The notes: generated by a model from the letters alone, not told the origin. A stretch of 64,000 nucleotides of DNA from an uncultured Gemmatimonadales bacterium (GCA_963844035.1 CAWJMT010000031.1:1-64000), one strand, 5' to 3'. Positions 1 to 18,167 are shown, numbered from the stretch's first letter. Numbers and translations are program-made.

Positions 1-1982
<1,982 letters not shown>

Positions 1983-1995
1983 CGCGGTTCCGTCC

Positions 1996-6492
<4,497 letters not shown>

Positions 6493-6611
6493 GTCAGACC
6501 TCGGGGTAACGCAAAAGGCTCCGCCCTCCCCGTCTTGCCTCTGCAAGAGGGGGGAGGACTGAGGGGCTCGTACAAGCGAGCAGGAGTGTGGCGAATCCGC
6601 GCATGTCGTCG

Positions 6612-6673
6612 ACCAAAGGAGACGGGAGTCGCGCCGACGGGCCCCAATTGGCCCGCGGCGTCAAACTCGGCGT
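6612..6673 (-). terminator. Hairpin with short T tail between rplL and rpoB (possible attenuator/terminator)
   Basis: Minus strand GACGCCGAGT...CGGGCC-AATTGG-GGCCCG...ACTCCCGTC-TCCTTT. Confidence 0.45.
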
Positions 6674-7067
6674 CTACTTCAGTTCGACGACTGCGCCCTG
6701 CGCTTCGAGCTTCTTCTTGATTTCTTCGGCTTCTGCCTTGGACACGCCTTCCTTCACGGTCCCGGGCGCGCCTTCCACCAGGTCTTTGGCCTCTTTCAGG
6801 CCCAGGCTGGTGATGGCCCGGACTTCCTTGATGACCTGGATCTTCTTCTCGCCGCCGGCCTTCAGGATGACGGTGAACTCCGTCTGCTCTTCCGCGGCCG
6901 CGGCCGCCGCGCCGCCGCCCGCTCCACCTGCCGGAGCCGCTGCCGGAGCCGCGATCGTCACGCCGAACTTGTCCTTGAACTTCTCGATCAGCTGCGCCAG
7001 CTCGACCACGGACAAGATTCCCGATTGCGTCAAGCAGGTCGTCAGTGCTCAAGGTCTGCGTCGCCAT
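6674..7067 (-). CDS. rplL: 50S ribosomal protein L7/L12 (apparent 1-nt frameshift near 7015)
   Basis: [18 protein letters not shown] joins [18 protein letters not shown]...[11 protein letters not shown] after removing one base. Confidence 0.96.
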
Positions 7068-7083
7068 AGTATCTCCCACCCGG

Positions 7084-7620
7084 TTAGGAAGCAGCGCCCT
7101 CTGAGCGCTTGGTCCGGAGCGCCTCAAGGGCACCCATCATCATGTACAGCAATCCGTTCAGCGTGCCCACGAATCCTGCCATCGGCGACTGGAGCGCCCC
7201 GCCAAGCTGGGCGAGCAGCTCCATCCGCGACGGCAGCGCCGCGAGCTGTTTGACCTGGTCGGACGTGATCATCCGTCCTTCCACCAGCGCGCCCTTGATC
7301 GCGGGCTTCTGGTGTTCCTTGGCGAAGTCGGTCAGCACCTTCGCCGCCGCCATCGCGTCGGCGCCGCCGAGCACCAGCGCCGTGGCGCCCGTGAGGTGCG
7401 GCTCGAGCCCGCTGACCTGGGCCTCGAGCAGCGCCCGCCGCGCCAGCGTGTTCTTGACGACCACGTATTCGACGCCCGCCGCCCGCAGCTTGCGCCGCAG
7501 ATCGGTGAGGTGCGCCACGTTCAAGCCGGTGAAATCCGTCACATAGACGGTGGGCGACCGCCGTAGCCTGGTCACCAGACCCGTCACGACGTTCTGCTTC
7601 TGCTCTTTAGTGCGGATCAT
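7084..7620 (-). CDS. rplJ: 50S ribosomal protein L10
   Basis: DFTGLNV...[10 protein letters not shown]...LAALPSR; position between rplA and rplL. Confidence 0.96.
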   Translation of the reverse strand: MIRTKEQKQNVVTGLVTRLRRSPTVYVTDFTGLNVAHLTDLRRKLRAAGVEYVVVKNTLARRALLEAQVSGLEPHLTGATALVLGGADAMAAAKVLTDFAKEHQKPAIKGALVEGRMITSDQVKQLAALPSRMELLAQLGGALQSPMAGFVGTLNGLLYMMMGALEALRTKRSEGAAS

Positions 7621-8309
7621 TGATGATATCCCGCCGGGTCTACCGGCACCCCCGGCCCCATGGTGCTCGACACGGTCACCGAACGGACATAGTGCCCCTT
7701 CGCCGCCGCCGGCTTCGCCTTCACGATCGCCTCCATGAAGGCGTGCAGATTCTGCTCGAGCGCCTCCGCGGAAAACGACTTTTTCCCGATCGGGGCGTGG
7801 ACGATCCCGCTCTTGTCCACGCGGAACTCGATCTTGCCCGCCTTCAGCTCCTTCACCGCGCGGGCGACATCCATGGTCACCGTCCCGGCCTTCGGGTTCG
7901 GCATCAGACCCCGCGGGCCCAGCACCTTACCGAGCTGCGCCAGCTGGCCCATCACGTCGGGCGTGGCGACGATCACGTCGGTGTCGAGCCAGCCATCCTT
8001 GATCTTCTGGATGTACTCGATCCCCACGAAGTCCGCCCCGGCGGCCTCGGCCTCCTTCGCCTTGTCGCCCTGAGCGATCGCGAGCACGCGCAGCTTCTTT
8101 CCCGTCCCGTGCGGCAGCGACACCGTGCCGCGGACGATCTGGTCCGCATGCTTGGGATCGACGCCGAGACGCACCGCCACATCCACCGATTCGTCGAACT
8201 TGGCGAACGCGGTCGCCTGCACCCGGTCCACCGCCTCGCGCAGCCCGTACAGCCGCCGGGCGCCCAACGCCGTGACGGCGGTGTTGTACTTCTTGCCGTG
8301 CGTCCGCAT
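7617..8309 (-). CDS. rplA: 50S ribosomal protein L1
   Basis: MRTHGKKY...[16 protein letters not shown]...[16 protein letters not shown]...SSTMGPG. Confidence 0.97.
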   Translation of the reverse strand: MRTHGKKYNTAVTALGARRLYGLREAVDRVQATAFAKFDESVDVAVRLGVDPKHADQIVRGTVSLPHGTGKKLRVLAIAQGDKAKEAEAAGADFVGIEYIQKIKDGWLDTDVIVATPDVMGQLAQLGKVLGPRGLMPNPKAGTVTMDVARAVKELKAGKIEFRVDKSGIVHAPIGKKSFSAEALEQNLHAFMEAIVKAKPAAAKGHYVRSVTVSSTMGPGVPVDPAGYHQ

Positions 8310-8734
8310 CAGTCCACCACCTCGAGGCCCATGGAGCGGGCCGTGCCCGCCACCATCTTCATCGCCGACTCGATCGAGTCGGAGTTGAGATCGGGCATCT
8401 TGAGCTCGGCGATCTTGCGGATCTGCGCCCGGGTCACCTTGCCCACTTTCGTCCGGTTCGACGTGGCCGATCCCTTCTCGATGCCGGTTTCCTTCTTGAG
8501 CAGCACGGCGGCCGGCGGCGTCTTGGTAATGAAGGTGAAGGTGCGATCCTTGTAGATCGTCACCACCACCGGGGTCACCATCCCGGCGGCCGCCTGGGTC
8601 CGCGAGTTGAACTGCTTCACGAAGTCCATGATGTTGATGCCGTGGGGCCCGAGCGCGGTCCCGACCGGAGGCGCCGGCGTGGCCTGCCCGGCGACGACCT
8701 GCAGCTTCACCAATGCGGTAATCGGCTTTGCCAT
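8309..8734 (-). CDS. rplK: 50S ribosomal protein L11
   Basis: [15 protein letters not shown]...[11 protein letters not shown]...GTARSMG. Confidence 0.97.
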   Translation of the reverse strand: MAKPITALVKLQVVAGQATPAPPVGTALGPHGINIMDFVKQFNSRTQAAAGMVTPVVVTIYKDRTFTFITKTPPAAVLLKKETGIEKGSATSNRTKVGKVTRAQIRKIAELKMPDLNSDSIESAMKMVAGTARSMGLEVVD

Positions 8735-8744
8735 AATCTCCCTC

Positions 8745-8776
8745 GTTGGCGCCGGGATGCGTCACCGGCTCCCACT
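8745..8776 (-). promoter_or_regulatory. Putative L1-binding autoregulatory leader of rplK
   Basis: GGGAG-CCGG...CCGG-CGCCAAC hairpin just upstream of the GAGGGAG RBS, resembling the rplK L1-binding leader. Confidence 0.45.
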
Positions 8777-8800
8777 AGACGCCCCGTGGTGGGGGTGGCT

Positions 8801-9346
8801 TCAGTGCGCCTTGAGCTGCAGGTAGTCGAGCTCCACCGAGGTCGGACGGCCGAACAGGGAGACCGACACTCGAACCTTCCCCTTGTCCGCGATGACCTCT
8901 TCCACCGTGCCGCTGAAATCCGAAAACGGCCCTTCGGTAATCTCGACCACCTGGCCGACGAGAAACGGAATCAGCTCCGTCGGCTCTTCGTCCTTGGTCG
9001 CTTCTTCGATCCCGAGCAGGCGGTTCACCTCGTCCGGGCGGAGCGGCATCGGCAACCGCCCGGTGCCGACGAACTTGATCACGCCCTGGATCCCGTTGAT
9101 GACGTGGATCGTCTCCTGATTCAAGACCATCTCCACGAGCACGTACCCGGGATAGATCTTGCGATCGACCGTCACCTTCTTGCCGTTCTTGATCTCCACC
9201 ACTTCCTGGATGGGGACCAAGGCCTGCCGGATCGGCTTCTCCTCGGTCGGCCGCAGATCGTCTTTGATCCGCCGCTCGACCAGGGAGCGCACTTTGTTTT
9301 CGTGTCCGGCCGTCGTCTGAATCGCGTACCAGCGATGATCCGACAT
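8801..9346 (-). CDS. nusG: Transcription termination/antitermination factor NusG
   Basis: MSDHRWYAIQTTAGHENKV...YPGYVLVEM...KOW motif GPFSDFSG...FGRPTSVEL. Confidence 0.97.
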   Translation of the reverse strand: MSDHRWYAIQTTAGHENKVRSLVERRIKDDLRPTEEKPIRQALVPIQEVVEIKNGKKVTVDRKIYPGYVLVEMVLNQETIHVINGIQGVIKFVGTGRLPMPLRPDEVNRLLGIEEATKDEEPTELIPFLVGQVVEITEGPFSDFSGTVEEVIADKGKVRVSVSLFGRPTSVELDYLQLKAH

Positions 9347-9576
9347 CAGAACAGTTTTGCCAGGCCGACGACGAAGATCTGCTGCAGCAGCCAGTCCATC
9401 CAGCCGATGACGAGGCCGAGAATCGCGACGAAGATCACAATGACGGTCGTCGCCTTCTTGAGCTCCGGCACGGTGGGCCAGGAGACCTTGCGGATTTCGG
9501 TGCGCACCTCGCGGAAGAATTCCACGAGACGGACGACCCAATTCCGCTTGGGACTGTCGACTGCCTCCGTCGCCAC
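9346..9576 (-). CDS. secE: Preprotein translocase subunit SecE
   Basis: FFREVRTEIRKVSWP plus a single TM helix; GTG start 2 nt after the rpmG stop. Confidence 0.93.
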   Translation of the reverse strand: MATEAVDSPKRNWVVRLVEFFREVRTEIRKVSWPTVPELKKATTVIVIFVAILGLVIGWMDWLLQQIFVVGLAKLF

Positions 9577-9578
9577 GG

Positions 9579-9731
9579 CTACTTCGATTCCTTGTGCAGC
9601 TGCTGTTTGTTGCAGCGCGGGCAGAACTTCTTCCACTCCACGCGCTCCGTATGCTTGCGCCGGTTCTTGGTGGTGAAGTAGTTCCGGGTCTTACAGGTCG
9701 TGCACTCCATGATGATGTTCTCGCGCGGCAT
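9579..9731 (-). CDS. rpmG: 50S ribosomal protein L33 (Zn-ribbon, C+ type); not in the ORF track
   Basis: Manual translation [50 protein letters not shown]. Confidence 0.96.
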   Translation of the reverse strand: MPRENIIMECTTCKTRNYFTTKNRRKHTERVEWKKFCPRCNKQQLHKESK

Positions 9732-9748
9732 TGAGACCTCGAATGTCG

Positions 9749-9812
9749 GGCGGGTGGGCGGGTGGTCGGGTAGGCGGGTGGTTCCCGCCTGCCCGCCTGC
9801 CCGCCATCCCGC

Positions 9813-9813
<1 letters not shown>
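9749..9813. repeat. Palindromic octamer tandem repeat (GGCGGGTN)x4 / (NCCCGCCN)x4
   Basis: Inverted arms directly after the tuf stop. Confidence 0.8.
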
Positions 9814-11013
<1,200 letters not shown>

Positions 11014-11028
11014 AGATCTTTCCCTTAA

Positions 11029-11097
11029 GGTGTCAGGTGTCGGGTGTCGGGTGTCAGCGGTTGCCGTACTGACACCTGACACCTGGGACCTGACACC
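11029..11097. repeat. Palindromic heptamer repeat element (GGTGTCR)x4...(YGACACC)x4, copy 1
   Basis: Directly visible inverted arms; near-identical copies at 33709 and 63486. Confidence 0.9.
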
Positions 11098-11115
11098 GCC
11101 TTTTGTCTCTCCCAG

Positions 11116-11188
<73 letters not shown>

Positions 11189-11191
11189 GAG

Positions 11192-11264
11192 AGCGGGCGA
11201 CGGGATTCGAACCCGCGACCCTCAGCTTGGAAGGCTGACGCTCTACCAACTGAGCTACGCCCGC
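11192..11264 (-). tRNA. tRNA-Gly(TCC)
   Basis: GCGGGCG acceptor stem, anticodon loop CTTCCAA, GGTTCGAATCC. Confidence 0.96.
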
Positions 11265-11272
11265 GCGCCGAG

Positions 11273-11355
<83 letters not shown>

Positions 11356-11485
11356 CAGCCAGCGTCCCGGTCCGATCCCGCACTTCTCTCGCCCCCATGA
11401 CAACGCACCCCGCGTTCCCAAGGCGCGGGGTGTGTTGGTCTCGTCGTACGTCGGGGCGTCAATGTATCTCCTCTTCGGCAACGTG

Positions 11486-11558
11486 AGCTGACGAAGGGAC
11501 TCGAACCCTTAACCTGCTGATTACAAATCAGCTGCTCTACCGATTGAGCTACGTCAGC
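11486..11558 (-). tRNA. tRNA-Thr(TGT)
   Basis: GCTGACG acceptor stem, TTTGTAA loop, GGTTCGAGTCC; classic thrU-tyrU-glyT-thrT-tuf order. Confidence 0.96.
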
Positions 11559-11614
11559 TGAGCCAAGTCCGTTGGGCGACATGAGCGACCGACGCCGGAA
11601 CTTCTTAGACGGGT

Positions 11615-11643
11615 AGGATAAACGCGGGGATGCATTAGGGCAA
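11615..11643 (-). promoter_or_regulatory. Sigma70-type promoter of the tRNA-tuf operon
   Basis: TTGCCC-N17-TATCCT. Confidence 0.6.
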
Positions 11644-11662
11644 GGGACGTGCCGCGAATGAC

Positions 11663-13130
11663 TTAGACCACCCGCCACTTGGTTCCGGCGGGGGTGTCTT
11701 CGATTTCCACGCCGCGCTCGCGCAGCCCGGCCCGGATCCGGTCCGCCTCGCGGAAGTCCTTGGCCTTACGGGCCTTTTCGCGGGCCGCGAGCTGCTCCGC
11801 GACCCACGCCGTGAGGTCGGCGGCGACCGTCTTGGCGCTCGGCAGGACGTCCAGCACGGTCATCGCCCCGTCCAGCGCCCCGAGCGCCCGCCGCACGTCC
11901 GGCGTCACCGCCGCCTGATCGAGCTCCCGGTTCACCGCGCGGACGAAATCGAACAGCGCCGCCACCGCGCGGGGCGCGTTGAGATCGTCGGCCAGCGCGG
12001 TGCAGAAATCCGTTTCGAACTCGAGCGCGAGCGCGTCGAGCGCCGAGACTCCGGCCGTCGTCGTGCGGTCACCGCCCGGAGTCGGCGGCACCTGTGCAAG
12101 TCGCGCGTGAAATTCCCCGAGCCGCCGCACCCCTTCGCGCGCGCCCTCGAGCGCTGCGTCGTTGAAATCGAGCGCCTGGCGATAGTGCGTCTGCCAGAAC
12201 AGAAGACGCACGGCCGCGGGATCGACGCCCTGATCGCGCAGATCACGCGCCGTGAGAAAGTTGCCGAACCGTTTCGACATCTTGGTGCCGCGCACGTTGA
12301 GGAACTCCGCGTGCAGCCAGTGGCGGACGAACGGCTGTCCCGTCGCCGCTTCGGACTGGGCGATCTCGTCTTCATGGTGCGGAAACACGAGATCGATTCC
12401 CCCCGCGTGGAGGTCGAGCGTCTCGACGCCAAAGCGGCTGCGGATTTCCGACAACGACATCGCCGAGCATTCCAGGTGCCATCCGGGGCGGCCGCGCCCG
12501 AACGGTGCGTCCCACGCGGCGCCCACCGTCTCGTCCACGGGCACCGCGCGTTTCCAGAGCGCGAAGTCTCTGGGATCGTCCTTGGCGTATTCGTCGCTCG
12601 CCACCCGCGCTCCCGCCTTGAGCTCGCGGGTATCGAGCTGCGACAGGCGGCCGTAGCCCGGAAACTTCGCGATCGCGAAGTACACTGACCCGTCGTCGCC
12701 GGCGTACGCGATGCCCCGCTCGAGCAGCCGCTCGACCAGCTCGACCATCGCGGGCACCGTTTGGGTGGCGCGCGGATACACGTGGGCCGGCTTGATCCGC
12801 AGGTAGTCGCGGTCTTCGAAGAACGCCGTGACGAACGGCTCGGTGTGCGCCGCCAGGCGTCGTATTCGCCGCCGCCGCCGCCTTGATGGTACGGTCGTCC
12901 ACGTCGGTGAGGTTCATGATGTGGAACACGTCGTAGCCCGCGAACTCGAGAAAGCGGCGCAGCAGATCTTCGAACAGAAACGTGCGGAAGTTGCCGATGT
13001 GGGCGTAGTTCCACACCGTCGGCCCGCAGGTGTAGAGCGTCACCCGGGGAGACTGGAGCGGGGTGAAGGGCTCGACGCGGCGAGTGAGCGTGTTGAACAG
13101 CTGTAGCGGGGAGGGGAGCGGGCGTAGCAT
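11663..13130 (-). CDS. cysS: Cysteine--tRNA ligase (frameshifted near 12850)
   Basis: [44 protein letters not shown] split over two frames. Confidence 0.95.
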
Positions 13131-13141
13131 GGCGCGGCCGT

Positions 13142-13170
13142 AACGTAGGGGGGCCGCGGGAACGCGTCAA
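13142..13170 (-). promoter_or_regulatory. Sigma70 promoter of cysS (very short leader)
   Basis: TTGACG-N17-TACGTT, 11 nt upstream of the ATG. Confidence 0.6.
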
Positions 13171-13361
13171 CGCGACGACAGGCACGTCTCCGCTGCGGCC
13201 TCACGCTCGACCCGCAGGGCCTCGTAAACCACCGGCCCGTGCGCAAACACGACGACGCGCGTCTCGCGCCACCGCGGCAGCGTCGGGTCCGCGGGATCGA
13301 GCAGACCGCGACGCACGAGGCGTGCGGCGACATCGGAGACCACGAGGATGGGGCGGTTCAG
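13167..13361 (-). CDS. Possible small hypothetical protein (about 64 aa, start uncertain)
   Basis: Open frame LNRPILVVSDVAARLVRRGLLDPADPTLPRWRETRVVVFAHGPVVYEALRVER with GC3-rich codons filling the gap before cysS. Confidence 0.35.
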   Translation of the reverse strand: MNRPILVVSDVAARLVRRGLLDPADPTLPRWRETRVVVFAHGPVVYEALRVEREAAAETCLSSR

Positions 13362-13432
13362 GCCCCTATATAGAGGAGGGGAAAGCCACGAATGGGTACC
13401 GAAATCGCCGCGGCGGTGCCCCGGGTGTTGCG

Positions 13433-14235
13433 CTAGCGGGCGCGGGCTGGCCAGAGCCGGAGCGCGTAGTCGGCGTTGGGCTTGAGCAAAGCGAACGCGT
13501 CACCGGTCAATGCGCTCACGTCGTTGCGAAGCACCACAACGTCGCCTCGTGCCCCTGCGACGTCCCCTCGGCCGAGGGCTCGTTGCGCGAAATTGAGCCT
13601 GTCCCGTAGCATGCCGCATTGGGTCGGGGTGAGCCAGCCGAGATCGCAGGCGCGGTCGGTGAGCGTGCGCAGCCGGCCGAGGAGGAATTCGGGCGTCGAG
13701 TCCGATGGGAAGGGGACGATGCCGACCGTGAATCCGGGGACGGAGTTCACCCAGAAGGACGGAGGTGTCTGGACCAGCGCGCCCTCGTCGACCTCGGGAA
13801 GGGGGATAATCTCCCGCGACGCGATAGGCAACCGGCTCGGGAACTCCTACCGCCGCGAACTGAAATCCTCCTAGGCTCGTGCCCGGCTGGATGAGCGTCC
13901 TGTCGAGTCTCCGCGGACCAGTGGATCGCCGACGAGTCTTGCGTCACGCCGATACTTCCCCACCAGAGCGTCGGTGATCGCACCTCGTACTGCGGCAGGA
14001 ACGTGCGCACGACGAACGCCTCGGCCGGCTGCTCACTGTTTGGCGCGTTCGTCACCGTGTACTCGATGCGCACGGTGTCGCCGGCGCTGGCGAGCAGTCG
14101 CGCCGTCACCGAGACGGACAGTCGGTCGCCCCTCGGCCACGGGATGCTGTCCTGCGCGTGTCCCGACGTCGGGAGACCGAGCGCTGCCGCCATGACCAAC
14201 GGAGTAATCTTACCGATGAATGCGCGCCACCTCAC
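13433..14235 (-). CDS. Secreted hypothetical protein, paralog B (frameshifts about 13790-13900)
   Basis: Signal peptide ..LPTSGHA|QDSIPWPRGDRLSVSV; C-terminus matches the neighbouring paralog (TDRACDLGWLTPTQCG...LLKPNADYALR). Confidence 0.75.
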
Positions 14236-14260
14236 GCGGCCACCGTCGGCGCGACGGCAG

Positions 14261-15058
14261 TCAACGAGAGCGGGCACTAGACCAGACTCGGAGCGCGTAG
14301 TCGGCGTTGGGCTTGAGCAGGGCGAAGGCATCACCGGTGAATGTGCTCACGTCGTTGCGAAACGCCTCAACATGGCCTCGCGCACCTGCGATGTCGCCTT
14401 GGCCAAGGGCTTGCTGCGCGCGATCGAGCCTGCCCCATAGGGTGCCGCACTGGGTCGGGGTGAGCCAGCCGAGATCACAGGCGCGGTCGGTGAGCTTGCG
14501 CACCCGGCCGAACAGGAATCTCGGCGTCGAGTCCGGCGGGAACGGGACGATGCCGACCGTGAACCCGGGGACGGAGTTCACCCAGAAGGACGGAGGTGTC
14601 TGGACGAGCGTGCCCTCGTCCGCCTCTGGGAGCTCGTAATATCCGGCAACGCGATAGGCGACAGGCTCTGGCAGGCCTACGGCCGCAAACTGAAACCCTC
14701 CCAGATTACCGCCTGGCGGGATGAGCTGCTGCGACTTTCGGCGGACCAGTGAGGCCGCCGAGGAGTCCTGCCGCACGCCGATACTCCCCCACCAGAGCGT
14801 CGGCGATCGCAGCCGGTACTGCGGCAGGAACGCACGCACGACGAACGCCCGGACTGCCTGTTCACTGTTGGGCGCGTTGGTCACCGTGTACTCGATCCGC
14901 ACGCTGTCACCTACGGCTTCGAAGGCAGACGCGCTCGCCACCGAGACGGACAGTCTGTCGCCCCTCGGCCAAGGGATGCTGTCTTGCGCGCGTCCCGACG
15001 TTGGGAGGCAGACGGCCACCGCCATGACCCATGGAGTCAAGGATCGGTCCAGCGTCAT
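14261..15058 (-). CDS. Secreted hypothetical protein, paralog A (beta-rich N-domain plus helical C-domain)
   Basis: 265 aa ORF with signal peptide ..LPTSGRA|QDSIPWPRGDRLS. Confidence 0.8.
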   Translation of the reverse strand: MTLDRSLTPWVMAVAVCLPTSGRAQDSIPWPRGDRLSVSVASASAFEAVGDSVRIEYTVTNAPNSEQAVRAFVVRAFLPQYRLRSPTLWWGSIGVRQDSSAASLVRRKSQQLIPPGGNLGGFQFAAVGLPEPVAYRVAGYYELPEADEGTLVQTPPSFWVNSVPGFTVGIVPFPPDSTPRFLFGRVRKLTDRACDLGWLTPTQCGTLWGRLDRAQQALGQGDIAGARGHVEAFRNDVSTFTGDAFALLKPNADYALRVWSSARSR

Positions 15059-15097
15059 GATAGGATTCGCTCCACCTCCTTCACCACCGACACTGCG

Positions 15098-16175
15098 CTA
15101 GCGGGCAGCCAGCGCCCCGCGCACCACCGCTTCGACCAGCGGCTCCACTCCAAACCGCACGGGATCCGTGGCCGGCAGCCCGGTCTCCTGCATGGCGCGC
15201 CGCACCGCGGCGCGCGCGACATCCTCGTCCAGGTCGAACGTGTTGAGCGCGATGCCGATGACCTGCGTCGGCCGGACCGGCGCCATCGCACTCTCGTAGA
15301 TCTCGATCATCTCGGAGAGCGGCGGAATCCGCACCCACGGCTCCCGGCCGTGGTAGTCGCCGATGTGGTCGCGGGTCACCTGGTGACACAGGATGAGCGC
15401 GTCGGGACAGGTGCCGTGCAGCAGGCCGAGGGTCACGCCCGAGTAGCCGGGGTGGATCAGGCTTCCCTGCCCTTCCACGAGCACGATATCGGCGCCCTCG
15501 GCGCCCTGGAGCACGAGCCGCTCCGCGGCACCGGCGATGAAGTCGGCGACCACCGCGTCCACGGCGATGCCCCAGCCCTCGATGAAGATCCCCGTCTGTC
15601 CCGTGGCCACGAACCGCGCCCGGTGGCCGCGCTGGGTGAGCGCGGTCCGCAGCTCGAGCTGGGTCGTCATCTTGCCGACGTTGCAGTCGGTGCCGACCGT
15701 GAGAATCACGTACGCGTCGACCTCGGCCGCGCGACCATCCGCGATCCCCAGGTCGGCCGGCGGCTTGCGCGCGTCGAGCACGCGTACGCCGCGCGCGCGG
15801 GCGAGTGCGGCCGAGCTCCGGATCGTCGCCGATGAAGGTGTGCAGCCCGCTCCAGATCTCGAGGCCGCGGCCGATGGCGGTCTTGAGCCAGCCGCGCCAT
15901 TCCGGCGGCAGCTGGCCGCCGGTCGGGGCGATGCCGATCAGCACCGCCGTAGCCCCGCCCCGAGCGCGAGGCCCTGCTCGAAGTCCCCGACTACGGGGAT
16001 CGCGCCGCCGAACCCGAGCACGTCCTGCACGGTCCGACCCGCATGCGTCGCGGTCGAGCACGCCTACGATCCGCTCCGGGAAGTAGCGGATGCACGAGTT
16101 CGCCGTCTTGGACTTGAGCGGGCCGAACTCGCGATCGGCGATGACCAGGAAGCGGTGCTGCCGCGCCTCGGGCAT
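15098..16175 (-). CDS. DUF1611 family protein (DgcN-like P-loop protein; several frameshifts)
   Basis: SKTANSCIRY, IGIAPTGGQLPPEW, SGLH, TVGTDCNVGKMTT, ATGQTGI, EGQGSLIHPGYSGVTLGLLHG. Confidence 0.88.
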
Positions 16176-17332
16176 CAGGCGGGAGCGCGGTGGAGGTACG
16201 GACTCGGCATGGCGACGATCCGCGCCGGAGCGACGTTCGCCGCGCAGCACGGCCGACTCATCCGGTGCGCGATGTCGCCGTAGATCTCACCCTGGACGAT
16301 GTGCCGCACGAGGACGATCGTGAGCGCCAGAATCGGCACCGCGACTACGAGCCCAACGGCACCGAACAACGTCCCCATCACGAGGACGCTCGAGATCGTG
16401 AGCACCGGCGGGAGCGACACCTTCTTCTCCATGATCAGCGGAGCGACGAAGTTGGCTTCGACCACGTGCACCACGACCCCGAGCAGCAGCACCGCCGTGA
16501 CTTTGATCCAGTCGCCCGTCCCCACCACGAATAGCGCCGGCAACACGGTCGACACCAGCGTGCCGAAGAACGGCACGACCGCCGCCACCCCCGCCAGGAC
16601 GCCGAAGGCCAGCCAGTACGGCGTGCCCAGAATGAGCAGGCCGATGGCCGTGAGCACGCCGAGCACGAACATGGCAAGCAGCTGGCTGGCGACCCAGGCG
16701 CGGAGTGTCGCCCGGGCGTCGTCCAGGATGCGCATCGCGACCGGCCGGGAGCGGGGCGGGACGAGCGCCAGGATGTTGGCGCGGTACTGCGCAGGATTGC
16801 GCGCCAGGTAGAGGCCCATAACGATGACGCTCGCGCCCTCGATGAACCCCTTCCCGCCGGCCCGCAGGTAGGGCAGGATCGAGGCCCGCAGAAAGTCCGT
16901 CGCGTCGTTGATGAATTGCGCCACGAAGCCGGACGCCGGGTTGGCCAGCTCGGTGCGGCGCAGCACGGGATATTGGCTGGCCCAGCCGGCCAGCACGTTC
17001 TGGATGTCGGTCAGGGTCTGGGGGAGCGTCGTGATGAGCGCCTGCGTCTGGTCGATGACGGGCGGGAGGATGAGCGCACCGATGCCCACCAGCCCGGCGA
17101 CCGTACCCACCACCGAGATCGTGATGCCGGCCCAGCGGGGTACCCGGAACCGGTGCTCGAGCTGGTCGGTGATGGCCGCGAGATAGGTCGCCACCAGCAC
17201 CGCCAACAGGACGAGCAGCACGACCGCCGACACCCGGGCCACGAACCAGACGACCAGGGCAGCGACAAAGAGCGCCACGAACGTGGCGCCCAGTCGTGAG
17301 GGAGGGGGAGAAGGAGCTACTTCAGGGCTCAG
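16175..17332 (-). CDS. AI-2E family transporter
   Basis: Multi-TM protein; VPFFG, EANFVAPLIM...LPPV...GTLFGAVGLVVAVP; frame open back to a CTG overlapping the pspA stop (alternative GTG at 17278). Confidence 0.85.
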   Translation of the reverse strand: MSPEVAPSPPPSRLGATFVALFVAALVVWFVARVSAVVLLVLLAVLVATYLAAITDQLEHRFRVPRWAGITISVVGTVAGLVGIGALILPPVIDQTQALITTLPQTLTDIQNVLAGWASQYPVLRRTELANPASGFVAQFINDATDFLRASILPYLRAGGKGFIEGASVIVMGLYLARNPAQYRANILALVPPRSRPVAMRILDDARATLRAWVASQLLAMFVLGVLTAIGLLILGTPYWLAFGVLAGVAAVVPFFGTLVSTVLPALFVVGTGDWIKVTAVLLLGVVVHVVEANFVAPLIMEKKVSLPPVLTISSVLVMGTLFGAVGLVVAVPILALTIVLVRHIVQGEIYGDIAHRMSRPCCAANVAPARIVAMPSPYLHRAPA

Positions 17333-18093
17333 CGGGGTGGCTCTGCCTCGTCGTCCTCGATGACCTGCGCATCGGACGCGCCCTTACCGAGCTGCTTGGA
17401 GCCGCCCGGCGACCCCGCCGACAAGATCCCCATCTTCTGCTTGAGCTCCAGCAGCTGCTGATCCGCGTCCGCCTTGACCTCGATCTGCGCGAACTGCTTC
17501 ACCAGCGTGTCGCCCGAAAGATCCTCGTTCACCTCGGCGGCGGCCAGCAGCTTGCGCTCCTCATGCTCGATCTGCTCGGCCATCCGCTCGAATGTCTCGA
17601 AGGCGCTCTTGTCGCCGATCGAAGACATCGTTTCCTGGATCCGTTTGTGCGCTTCCGCCCGTTTCGCGCGCGCGATGAGGATGTTTTTCTTGCGCTTGGC
17701 CTCTTCGATCCGTTCGTTCAGCTGGCGCAGCGACAGCTTGAGCTTGTCCGTCTCTTCGCGATGCTTCACCCAGGCCTCGTGCAGCTGCACCGCGCCTTGC
17801 GCGTGCTCGTTGTGCCGCAGCAACGCCTGCTTCGCCAGGTCGTCGCGCCCTTCCTTCACCGCCAGCACCGCCCGGCGCTCCCAATCCTCAGCGCTCTTCT
17901 TTTCCTGTTCGACCTGCGATGAGAGGCGTTTCTCATCCGCGATCGCCGCCGCGACCTGCAGCTTGGCCTTCGCCAGCTGCGTCCGCATATCGACGATCAG
18001 CTGGTTGAGCATCTTTTCGGGATTTTCCGCGCGGGAGATCAGCTCGTTGATGTTGGAGCGGATCAGGGTCGACAGGCGGTCAAAGATTCCCAT
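17329..18093 (-). CDS. pspA: Phage shock protein A (PspA/IM30 family)
   Basis: MGIFDRLSTLIRSNINELISRAENPEKMLNQLIVDM; coiled coil; AFETFERM. Confidence 0.93.
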   Translation of the reverse strand: MGIFDRLSTLIRSNINELISRAENPEKMLNQLIVDMRTQLAKAKLQVAAAIADEKRLSSQVEQEKKSAEDWERRAVLAVKEGRDDLAKQALLRHNEHAQGAVQLHEAWVKHREETDKLKLSLRQLNERIEEAKRKKNILIARAKRAEAHKRIQETMSSIGDKSAFETFERMAEQIEHEERKLLAAAEVNEDLSGDTLVKQFAQIEVKADADQQLLELKQKMGILSAGSPGGSKQLGKGASDAQVIEDDEAEPPR

Positions 18094-18167
18094 GAGGATC
18101 CTCTAGGTACGGGTCGCCGCTCGGCGGGCATCCGCTCCGCCAAATCTAATAGCGGCGTTAGGCCGCA

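Noticed and set aside
18150..18166. GTTAGGC / GCCTAAC as an attC core near pspA
   Set aside because: Isolated 7-mer with no partner site or hairpin, in a core operon.
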